Source of the DNA: Harriotta raleighana
Lineage: Eukaryota
Assembly: GCA_050575255.1 (NCBI GenBank)
Contig: JBNZDD010013718.1
Location: 3,724,540-3,788,539, forward strand
Direction: 5' to 3'
DNA length: 64,000 nt
Part shown: positions 25,301 through 37,013 of the stretch, piece by piece
Layout: the number at the start of each line of letters is the position of its first letter
How positions within the stretch are numbered: the stretch's first letter is position 1
Notes under the pieces: generated by a model
Databases searched by the model: none
What the model saw: only the letters and a program-made list of their open reading frames with translations
What the model was told of the DNA's origin: nothing
Position numbers and translations under genes: made by a program

Positions 25301-27089
25301 GGATTATATAAAATATGCACAATTTCATTAAGGTCAGAGTATGCCATTTTCCATTAAAACATTCTCAAAAAGATTAAAGAAAATAAACTCAGAAGCTGGC
25401 ACATCATTAGTTAGAACAAGTCCATTTATATTGAGTGACTAGGTTAGATGCTTATTGAAATACCTTCGCATACATTTAATCATTAGTTAAACAAATGAAT
25501 GGATTAACCCTTATTGAAAGGAAATAAAAAAGATGTTCGAAACAGCTTGGAAGAAACGTTGAGATGCAGCTCATAAGTGTTAGAACTAGGATGTGTCTTC
25601 TAGAATGCATTAGTAGATCTCACTATTGCTGAGATGTTTATACTTAAGTGGTTGTATTTCCATACAAGCTATTTCTATGCTGAGGAAGCAGCATGCTTTC
25701 ACTCCTAACATCAGACATTTATTTTGTTGCCTTCTCTAAACTGTCACTAACTACAGTCCATTTTCTGTCGAGGGAAAAGGAATTTCAGTGAATTTTGATG
25801 CATTTGAAGGAGAATGATCGTTCACTTTGGTAGGGCTAGACCATGTTTCAATAAGACAAATGACATCTGAGTGCTAAAATGGCAGCCAATGATAACTCAT
25901 TGTAAGGAGATCGGAAGAGTAAGGATTGAAAGGACTAGCACAAGAGTAATTGAAAAGCACGTGTAAGAAAAACATATTTAGCTCTACACAATCACTTATG
26001 ATATGCCTAGTTTGGGAATTTAACTCCTCACGGTCTCAACAACCCTTGTTCGAATAACCTTTCTGGCAAGTTGGAGGGGGCAATAGTAAGTTTGATTGGT
26101 ATATTTTTAAGATTCAATTAAGACAAGTATTTCCAGGACTAATACTGAAATGCTGGGGTCCACATTGCAACTATTGCAATGGTTTCAGCAATGCCACCGA
26201 CTTATTCAATGGCTGCAGCTAGTGGCAATGGACAATCTAATTTGAGTTGTGATGGGTTAGTGTGTGGTGGAGGGCTGGGTGGGGATGGTGGTGGGGAAGA
26301 GCTCATAGATAGCAGTCATTAATCAGGACATTTTCAGAGATAGGATATCCCACAATGTAGTCACTTTAACTGGCGATAATTATCACATATTACATTTTAA
26401 CCCCATTAAGTTTCAAAACCGTTATCCTAAAAATCATATACTAAGTTCAATTTTTTTTATTATTATAGCTGACATTTATGGCAGATGCAGGCCCTCAAAA
26501 GTTTACCTCTGGATTTAAAACAAATAATTAATTGTTGATGTAGAACTGAAGTGCCCAGTTTTGTGGTAGGGTATATATCACCATGGCAGGTAAAGGAGGA
26601 TATGTGTCTATTGGGTCTATTGTCATACTGGTTGAAGAGAGTCCTCTATCTTTTAACATGCTGGTCTAGTGGGGGATATTCCCAATGGCATTTATTTCCC
26701 TGACAGCTGAGAGATAGCAGCTGTCATTCACCAGCCTTATGCTTCAACCCTTGGGTTTTTGAAATATACAGTTGCAATTTATTCCTTTTTACACTAACTC
26801 CCTTCCCCTCCCCCCTGCCACCCCGCACCATCTTTCCATTTATAAAATGATCCGGCTCCTCCTTCAATGTGTCCAATATCATAAACCATTATAAGTGGTC
26901 AAGCAGATGGTACGCAGCCAGACATTTGCCAATGACACTGGCACAGGGTGACTGATGCATGGCTTCTCCCTCTGTTGCTGAGTGGAACCATCTCGGTTTC
27001 ATAGATAGGCAAAGAGCAAGAATTCCGCACAGGAGAGTGCAATCCAATATATTGCTTGCACAACTGTGCAGCCTTTCCCTGAAAGAAAG

Positions 27090-27293
27090 TGGGCAAATTT
27101 GCTATCGCTTTCACCTATGCAGAAAATACACTTTACAGTGTATTCTGTGAAACGGTTTCAGACACCTTGAAGACGTGATAAGGTGCTATATCAAATGCCA
27201 GGATTATCATTTTTATTATTATTATTCTTCTGCGAAATGCTTTCAGACATCCTCCTGAGGTGAAAGATGCTATATCAACTGTAAGGATTATTA
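27090..27293 (+). mobile_element. Two consecutive SINE tails
   Basis: gtattctgtgaaacggtttcagac..gctatatcaaatgccaggattatc followed by tctgcgaaatgctttcagac..gctatatcaactgtaaggattatt. Confidence 0.75.
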
Positions 27294-28304
27294 AAGAGAT
27301 TACAAGTGTATGTTGCGCATGTTTTTGTTACATTACTGCATCTATACTTATTTCTATATACAGTACAGGAAACTCTCATCAGGTTCATACCTGGTAGCAT
27401 TCTGAATGACCTGAGTGAATTGATTTGGCTTAATATACACTGATGCTAAAAACAAGTGATGAAGTGGTTAAAACCTAAAAAGTGTAATATGAGCTCTGCT
27501 GCAAAGCCGCGGTCCTTGTAACACATGGCACCTTTTGATAGGGCACTGCTAAACGGTGTCCAAAGCTTACTTAGCAATGTGTTAAAACATTACCAGTGTG
27601 CGATTGTAAAACTTACCAACAAACTTGCCTCCCAACCCTAAAGCACTGATGTGGTGCTACACATTTAGTGATATAGAAAAACATACAGCGGGCACATGTA
27701 TCCTCTGTTAAGTTACCCTGTCCAGGTGTGTTCCAAGTTGGTATTAATTGCAATATCATTTAGTGCAGTTGGATCTTGGCTGCTATTTGCTTTTAATTAC
27801 CCCAGTGCATTCTGTTTCCTTTTTACTGACAACCATTAAATAGGGAGTGACACCAGCTCCGCGTTGGTGTCAAAAAGACAATAGACTTCTTTGGATAAAA
27901 GAGGCGACAATGCCTCCTAGTGGGGAGGAACTGTATTAGCTACCTATTTAATGTAATAAATGTACCGTGTGTAGTGTTCAGCAAATTCTTTTCATCTAAG
28001 GGATTAGCACTCAGCGCATCTGAAGTAAATGAACCCTGGTTAATATTCTTAGAAACGTGTAATGTGCCGGTATTCATAAAAGTATTGTTTAGCATCATGG
28101 TTTCCCAGTTTGACGAATAGGGCATTTAAATCATAGGGAGCAAAATATTTTTAAATAAAATAATTTAACTTAATTGAATCAAGCATATGATTGGAAATAC
28201 TGTACATTCCCACCTTTGTTCAATTCTGTTTGTTGTATTGTTAATTAATGCTGAAACCTATGGCAAAAATAAATTCTGTATTTTACCTAGAGATATTAAT
28301 TTTC

Positions 28305-28548
28305 AAAAATGCATTTGATATAGCTAGCGCCTTATGTCTTCGAAACATCTCAAAGCACTTCACAGGATATACTTTACAGAATATACCAATTAAACTGAAA
28401 ACACAGAATGAAGTCAGCTCCTGTGAATGGCAGAACTAAAATAATCATAAAAGTGAATTGATTGTATATTTTGAGGATGAAATGCAGCAGCCAATTGCGC
28501 ACAGCAGAGTCCCACAAACATCTGTGGATTGATTAACCAAATAATTTA
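28305..28548 (-). mobile_element. SINE 3' half with ~60-bp interruption
   Basis: gcatttgatatagc..ctcaaagcacttcacagg and aaagtgaattgattgtatattt..gcagccaattgcgcacagcagagtcccacaaac. Confidence 0.8.
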
Positions 28549-31500
28549 TATTTTTTGTATTCTTTCAGTAAGGATGTACATTTAGAACAGGGTTTTTATT
28601 AAGTTTTGAGCTGAGAACCCACATCCAGATGTTAATTCCGCATTCCAGAAGAGCACAAACTCATTTCATTTAAGACCTCCATGGCTGGCAAAATATGAAC
28701 TAACTTTAATCAGCCTTTTCAGCAGTGGATTTTAAACCAAAAAAAATTCTCACTCACTGCAGGGAAACGAGTGCCCGCATCAACTGCATTAGTAGAGTGT
28801 TTTTTTTATTAATGTAAGACTAATTGGAAGTGTGCATTACATTAATATTGCAATAACGCAGTGATTTGTGATCCTGGTAGCAAATATGAAATGCAACAGC
28901 TTTATGTGTTTGTGTGCTACGGTGACCTTGAAGGAACGTTAAAGCTATTTGAAATGTGATGGCATAGTTGGGTGTGTTAGCTTATATAAAGTGTAGTTAA
29001 ACTGCAGCAACAGCACTGTATCAGATACTTTTTTGTACAAAGTTCCTAATATCTTGCTATTTTTATGGTTCAATTATAATCTTCTGCTGAAATTAAATCA
29101 AACTTGCATCTCGTCGGACCAAAATGAAGAATATATTACTCAGATGAATTCTGCTATAGAAATCCTTGGTTATATTTATTAACTCTTAAATTTAGTTCTT
29201 AAATTCGAACTGCCTAGGATAATTTGAAAGAGTAATGTGGATTCAATATACAGTAGCAGCTAAAACATGAGCAATTACTTTTTTCCAGTATTTTTTCCAG
29301 TAAAACAAAATCAAACCAAAAGGTTGAAGTTTCCAGAGGTGAAACAAAACATTCCATCTGACTTAAGCTGTGTCTGGCGTAAAATCCTGAAGGTTGAATT
29401 ATACAATAAATAAGTTATTTATTGATTTCCTTATTGCACAATTTGTCGCATTTAAAAAACCTTCCATGTAGTTGTGCAATAAGACTCATCCGAAGGCTAT
29501 TCCTTTTTCTATTTCATATGAAGTACAGAGCTTTAATGTTTAAGTGGTTGTGATCTTCTGTTTAAGTACTTCAAAGAGAAAAACAGTGCTTAAAAATCTA
29601 ACCAAAATCCAGAACTTCATGTGGAAATCAGAAAAAGTAAATGATCTAATTGTCTTCTGCCTTCGCTGGTAAAATTATTTTTTCTTAACCTCTTCATATT
29701 TAAAAAAAAATGAAAGACGATGTAATGGAGGGGGAAAAACTTAGCATCTCCAAAGTGATTTTAATATGAGACATGTTTGTCACGGTAATTAAATCCTACA
29801 TTCTGGTCTTGTGGATGGTTGAATGGTGCAACCAAAGCAGACTGTGCTAGCCTGTTTACTATGATAGGCATATAGCCATATATCATTGTAGAGTACAGTC
29901 TGAGCATTTCTGCAATGAATCTTTATACATGTTCCACATATATTCTTCATCAATTAACTATTAATTAATTCTGTAGCAAAGTGAACTCTGAGAGGTTATT
30001 TAAGAAGTGTCACTTAGCTTGTCTAAGATAGAAAAGATGAAGAATCCAATTCATAGATATTATAGGGATCAGTAACTCATATTGAATGCTCTGTTCGTGT
30101 TCAGCATTAGTGTAAATTATCTTCTGCTTTCATTTCTATCAGTTGTAGGAAAGCAATTTGTGTTTTCACAATTCACGTCAAAGCAGGTTATGTGAAGTTT
30201 GCAAAGTCCCAAAAATATTTTTTTGCATTTAATGTACTTGTATAACATTGACACGCTATTATATAATTATTTGAGGTTCGGAAACTCTTAAGAACCTAGA
30301 TTAAAATAAAATGAACGTTTATTAAAATACACATTTTTTTAAATTTCAGAATTTATTTTAATTTTAAACAACAACAAGAAAATTACATTTGTGGAGCGCC
30401 TTTCACATCGGGAGGACATGAAATTCTATGCTTTTACCAACAACGTTCATTTTATGATCAATATACATGTGTGGATTTTGGGTACAAACAGGACTGAATT
30501 CAGCTATTATCCACAAAAGGTGAAAGGTCCTTTGCTACTGTGCAGGCTGACATGCAAAAAGTGAGTTATCAGAGAGCTGCCTGCACTTGTTGAAGGACAC
30601 CTGAGCATCTGTTGTTGGCCTTAAAAAAGATGAAAATGCATTGTTTATTCAACAATCAGTTATATTTAACTGTATTGAGTCAAAGTTTTGTACAGTATGA
30701 TATCAATGTGATGCTCACAGGTGAAGATAGGACTGGCTATCCCAAAGCAGTCAAACTAGAAATTGAGACCACTTTACATCCACTTTCAGTCATTCATTTA
30801 AATTTATTACCCTTATTGCTCTTACCTATATCTGAAATCCTTATCTTAATTGTTTGCAACTCCAGACAAGGCATGATCTCACTTCAATGTTAAAGTACAA
30901 CTTGAGTGAACATATTATACCATGTTATTTTTGTAATTTAGTAGGATTTGTTACAAACAATTCACTTAGATAATTATGCATTTGGAACATTGCACTGTTA
31001 TCACTGACTGGATTTTATTGGATAGCATTGCCTATAGCTTCTAAACTTCCTGACATTTGTCCGAAAGATTTTTTCTGGCATTATCCAAAAATAAAGGCTT
31101 GCAGCTCCATCGCAGATTGTTTAGCATGAATAGATCTCTCAATAAACATAGATTTACAAAATAGAAACCCATTTCAATCAAAAATTATAGCTTCTTCATT
31201 TCCCTTTAAAAAGCAAAATACAGTACCAGCACAATACCATCTGAGCACAGGTGGATTTTACAGGATATTTTCACACAGTATTCTCTGCTGTGTGAAGTCT
31301 TTCTGGTCTGTGCTTCTTCCCTCTAACATAAGTTGCTCCGCTCTCTTCGCCAGATTATTCTTTCACAGTGTGAACCAAATCTACTTCGGAATATTCAGAT
31401 CTTGTTCCCAAACTATTATTTTGTTTTGGTTCAAAATAAGCTGTTGTGATGACATGATTTACACTCGCTGCTGGTATTTTTATAAATGGAAAATGCTGAT

Positions 31501-32554
31501 GAATTCTTTACTGTTTTGAGCTTGAATTGTTATCCTTTGTGAATGCAGTGTTCCCTTCCCTGCTGTCTTGAGGTTACAATTCTGGCTTTCGTTCAGCGGC
31601 GCACACAATGTGGCAGGGTTTTCTGGTCATAAAGCGTGCCTTGATTCAGCTTTTGATGTACTGTGCAGATGTCTGTGATTAATTTTGTAATATTAATTAC
31701 AATATTTTCAGGTAGGAGCTTTTATATAAAGGATCAGATACAGCATGTACGTGCCTGTGTGACAATTTAACTTGTAGTGCTAAAACATGTCCATTTTTGA
31801 CTATTTCTTCAGATGGACGAGCACCAAACAAAGCAAAATACTTTGTCTTAAAAGATGTTTCAACTAGCTTTGTACAACATTTCATAAAGTGCAATTTTCT
31901 GCAGGATTTGCAAAGAAACCAATCTTTATAAAAAGCAAACTTCTAATTCTGATCAGTGACTCATTTGCTTTCTCTTTGAATATCATTGATCTACAGGTTT
32001 ACTCCACTGTAATGTATAGGAGGTAAATCTACAGAATAAATTTGGCTAGTAAATTTTAATGGCACATATCTGGTAACAAAACCACATGGGTCAATGTAGT
32101 AAAACTGCCAACTTAACTTATACTGAATTACATTAATGAAAATGAAATGTACCTAAATAAATTGGGAATTGTAAATAGCAGGCCTTTATGCTGTTTGAGA
32201 TATTTCCAGCTGGATCTACATTTAATCACTTTTCCCAGCATTTCAAAGGAACCAGAATTTGGCAAGTTCTTAAGTGCAATGTGAATTTCAAATCTGTTTC
32301 CCTTTCATTTTGTTTTAAGAATCCCAGAAAACTCGCTTTTTAATGATCTGAAAAGTAATAATCTGAAAAGTAATTTACACGAAGGACAGAATACAACGTG
32401 TTTTAAAACTAAGGTTGTGTAGAAGGTATCTTCTCCTGCTTTGTCATATGGGGGGAAAAGGAATGATTATTCTAATGCTATTCTAATGCTCATATTGTCC
32501 ATTGAGATGTCTATGAGCTGCATTTTGTCAGCTGAGTCACCATTAACAGAGCTA

Positions 32555-32688
32555 GAGTAATACTGCATTGTCCAAAGTGCTATCCTTCGGATAAGACATT
32601 AAACTGTCCTCATGTCTGCCTTTTCAGGTGGATGCTGAAGGTCTTATAGTGCTGTTTAAAATAAAGGGGAGTTTATCCTATTCATGGT
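32555..32688 (+). mobile_element. Deu-domain core of a DeuSINE (SacSINE1/AmnSINE1-like)
   Basis: tgcattgtccaaagtgctatccttcggataagacattaaac..gtctgccttttcaggtggatg..ggggagtt matches the recalled Deu domain (gcactgtcggaggtgccgtctttcggatgagacgttaaac..tcaggtggacg). Confidence 0.75.
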
Positions 32689-32689
32689 A

Positions 32690-32854
32690 TACACTGTAAA
32701 GGATACTATAACTCCCGAAAAGCTGAATGCACAATCTGTCCCCTTATAAATGCGTTTATAAGGCGTTTTAAAAGAGCTAANTACACTGTAAAGGATACTA
32801 TAACTCCCGAAAAGCTGAATGCACAATCTGTGACTGGCGTTTTAAAAGAGCTAA
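32690..32854. repeat. Duplication across a single N; the two copies differ by an indel (probable two haplotypes)
   Basis: 32690-32780 vs 32782-32854 are identical except ccccttataaatgcgtttataa vs gact; N at 32781. Confidence 0.8.
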
Positions 32855-34487
32855 TTTTTTTTTTTTAAAAAGCATTATTGTCAAAAGTTTATCAGCATAA
32901 CTTCAATTCTTCTCTCTTAAGCTCTGAATCATGTTGATGACCCGACACATATGGTCAATGCAGTGGTGCAATGTAGCTGCTTTGTCAAAGGATTTGCCCT
33001 AATTGGTGTCATTCCTTAGTTGGCCTCTTAGATATGGTGTAACTGGGAAAGTTGCGTCTGATTTATTTTATGTTCTCTTTTTGTCCTCTGTTGAGTATGA
33101 CACAGGGCAAACCCCACAGAGTATGAGATCATATTGGCACTCAGGAGCACCTCAAACCGTCTCATCTACAGCGGTGACTTTTAAAGATGTTTTGCACTTC
33201 ACTACCTTTAGTCTGGTGCTCACTGGCTCGATATTACTGTGTTAGAGCTAACTGATGTCATTTGGAAAATTGTGTGATCAAGGTTAAAAAATTATTTTAT
33301 CCACCGGAAAAAAAAAATGCTTTTAATTTGTTTCAGTAAGCTTAAAAATGATAATGAAATCATGCAGTGAGAATTTTGTTACTGAGTTGTGGTTCTTTTT
33401 CAGTTTGACATTGTAAGTGCAGTCATTAATTACACCTGTGCATTGCCTTATCTCCTCTGTGTTTTAAACATAAAAAGACAAGGTTTAGACCATATTGATA
33501 GTAGGTGTTAAAGACAAATATGTTATAATTCTGTTTTTTGGTTTACTACAACATATACAAATTGATCCTGTGAGCTCCCACTGGCTAAATTATTTCAGAA
33601 CGTTTTGGTTTATTGTCTTCTCTTGAAGAGGCAGTTCACAACAGGTCTGTTCACTCTCAAATATCTATAAATCTGTATTCATTGTTATCACCTTCACAGG
33701 AGGATTTTTTGGAAAAAAAATTAAAGGATGTTGGAAAGCAAAGAACAAGACAATTTAACTCTTTTTTTTCCCTACACTGGAGTGAAAATTATTATCTTTC
33801 CCAACAGAATTTTTATGTGGTACTCAAGACATCAAATCTGTTAAGACAAATCATGACTCGTCTATGCCACACATCCATTCCTCTATCGGAAGAAAAGTAA
33901 TTTTTGTCACAACTTATATTCATTTTACACTTGCCTCTTTTATTCTGTGGTCACATCACATGTTAAATACTCTGTTTACATTTGCACTATCGGATTCTCG
34001 CAGTTTAATGTAAATTCTAAACAGTTCATGTCATGCTGTGTGATTGCAGACAGCCACAGAACAAGAAGTTAGATATGCTGCTGTTTACCATTGTACCATT
34101 ACACCCTCAATTCAATTTGTTTTCAGCATTTATAAGGGGACAAGAACTGCATGTTTATCTTTATATTGTATATCCAGGCTCTTTAGCTCTACAAATGGGA
34201 TATACTGGATTTGTAATCACACAAGAAGGAATCTTCATCCTGCAAAATAGATTACAACCAGAATCCAGACATTTAAAAATGTTTATGTCTATATGGCAAA
34301 GGAGATGCACAATCCCAAAAAATGTACAGGCATCTGTTTGAGATCAAAGAATCAGGTTATCTTTGAGACAGTTACATGGTGCCAGTTACTTTATCTCTAC
34401 CTCACAATGTGCAATAGGTCTAAATTCTGTTCAGTGAGTTGGTAGGTGGTCTAAAGAGCCTGCATTAGTATGTTCACCATAACAGAG

Positions 34488-34705
34488 ATAATAATAATCC
34501 TTGTTTTGGGTGTAAGGCTTTTCATGTTGGGAGGATGTCTCAAAACATTTCACAGCATTCAGTGTACATGTAATGATTGTGTATTTTGTAGGTGAAAGAG
34601 TAACATTTGCCACAGCAATGGCCCACAAACAGCCATGGACTGAGTTTGAGGGAATGTTGACCAGGACATGAGGAGAAACTCCCATTTTCAATTAGTGCCA
34701 TTAAA
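34488..34705 (-). mobile_element. DeuSINE 3' half
   Basis: ataataatccttg..gatgtctcaaaacatttcacag..cccacaaacagcc..tgttgaccaggacatgaggagaaactcc..tagtgccat. Confidence 0.75.
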
Positions 34706-35993
34706 TTTTATTTATCTGTAAAGTGACATGACTGTATATTTGTGGGTGAAACATGGCAGCCAATTGTTTAGTTTAGTTCAGATAAACACAGTCAGAGAAG
34801 ATGTTGCAGAGATAAAAGTTAAGAGATAAAATTTTTGCTTTTATTCAGCCCATTGCTGTAAATGGGAGAAACAAAACGTTATGTCCAGAACTTCCATCTC
34901 AACTGCCAGGTTCAGTGACAGCACTGACTGCAGTATATATGGAATTGGCATTTTAAGCCTTACTTAATAAAGATTTGAATTTATTTTGCCAATTAAGATG
35001 CCTGTGGATTGCAGCAAGGAAAGTTTTAGGAAACATCCCTACAGCGTAAACCTTGGTTATTTATCAAACTGAATCAATAAAATAGAACAATTAAATCCAA
35101 TAAATGTTAGTTATGCATTTACTTTCTGTAGGTACCGCACCATGAACTTTAACTTCAGCTATGAGTAACACGCAATGATTTTTCAATGTGGACCGCAAAT
35201 GGACCATCTTGTTTATGACCATGATGGAAAGGATGTAAATAGCCACTCATTCTTGTGCATGTTGTTTGGACATGTTGAAGGACAGGTACTGGGCCATTTG
35301 GCAGTGTAAGTTTCAATATGCAAATTGTGTACTCAGTGCTCCTGAATGAAACATCTTACCATATATATTCTGCATTGACTTTTAAGAATTCTTGACAGCA
35401 GCCAGCACAATAAATGTCCCTCATTCCCCAAGGAATCCTTGGATTCCTCTTGTAATTTTTGAAGGTAACATATACCAATTGCACATTAATAGAGTGAAAG
35501 TCTTTCCAGGTCATGTATATTACAAAGAAAGGTGAAACTTAGTGTGTGACATGGAAGTGCAGAACTGCAGTAAAAGATCACAACCATGAGAAAAGACAGT
35601 CTTGACCATTTGGAAACCTTCAAGCCCACTGACAGCATACAACAGTTCTTTCACTGTATCAGCCCACTTTGATACTACCACCACCACAACAACATTTGTA
35701 TAGCGCCTTTCATGTCTGGAGGATGTCTTAAAGGCATTCCAATTCTCAGGAGGGACAGTCTGCAATTGTGGATCGCTTGCTGTAGATACAGTCTCATGTG
35801 GAGTCCTTCACTTCTGCTTCCTTACTTCCCTTTACCTGTCATATGCTAATGCAGTCTTCTACATATCTTCTGGCAAAGCTCTCTATGAATGGATCAAAGA
35901 CTTAACCATTCAGACCATGGATTGAATATACCCAAGTGTGCTAAGGTTGAGGAATAATTTAGATTTCTCAATTTATTGGTTTCCGACCTTAAT

Positions 35994-37013
35994 TCATAGA
36001 ATCATAGAATTTTACGGCACAAAAGGAGGCCATTTGGCCCATCTAGTCTGTGGCTCTTTGAAAAGAGCAACTCAATCCCACTGCCCAGCTTTCTCCCCAT
36101 AACCTAACAGACCAGTTCTCCCTAAATAAAGATCCAATTCTCTTTTAAAAGCTGTTATCGAATCGGCCTCCACGACCTTTTCAGGCAATGCATTCCAGAT
36201 TCGAACATTCCGCTGAGTGAAAAAATTTCTCCTCAGCTCCCCTCTGCTTTGTTGGGAAATTATTTTAAATCTGTGACCACGAGTCACAGATTCACCCACC
36301 AGTGGAAACAGTTTTTCCTTATTCACCCTGTCGAATCCCCTCATGATTTTATAAACCTGCATTAGGTCTCCTTTCAACCTTCTCTGTTCCAAAGAGAATA
36401 AACCTAGCCTATCTAGCCTTTCCCCATAACTGAAGTCCCTCAATCCTGGTACCATTCTAGTAAGCCTTCTTTACACCCTTTCCAATGCTTTAACATCCTT
36501 TCTATAGTGTTCGACCAGAATTGGACACAGTACTCCAGCTGAGTTTTAGCACTTCCTGACTTTTGTACTCTATAGCCCTATTTATAAAGCCTAGTATCCC
36601 ATATGCCTTCTTAACGGCTTTGATTACCTGTCCTGCCACCTTCAAAGAGTCACAAACACAAATCCCCATGTCTCTCTGTTCCCTCACACCCCTTAAAATT
36701 ATACTATCTAGCCTACATTGCCTCCTCTCATTTCTTTTCCCAAAATATATCACCTCACACTTCTCTGCATTAAACTTCATCTGCCATGTGTCTGCCCACT
36801 TTACCATTTTATCTATATCTTCTTGCAGATGGTTCCTATCCTCCTCACTATTTACTATTCTCCCTAACTTAGTATCATATGCAAACTTGGAAACTATGCT
36901 CCCCATATCCAAGTCCAGATCATTAATGTATATTAAAAAGAGCAGTGGTCCCAAAACCGATCCCTGGACGAGGCCACTCACACTTCCCTCCAGTCTGAAA
37001 AACAGCCGCTCAC
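35994..37013 (-). mobile_element. 5'-truncated CR1 LINE (ORF2 RT C-terminal part, 3' UTR, (ATTCTATG)n tail); non-functional
   Basis: ORFs 36502-36981 (QGSVLGPLLFLIYINDLD, KFAYDTKLG, WQMKFNAEKC) and 36072-36455 (GLFSLEQRRLKGDL, FFTQRNVRIWNALP). Catalytic ADD reads AYD; frameshifting deletion near 36545; tail tcatagaatcatagaat at 35994-36010. Confidence 0.97.

Noticed and set aside
35131-35290. Plus-strand acceptor followed by a donor-like site
   Set aside because: Stops in all frames across the longer interval; the short alternative has a weak donor.
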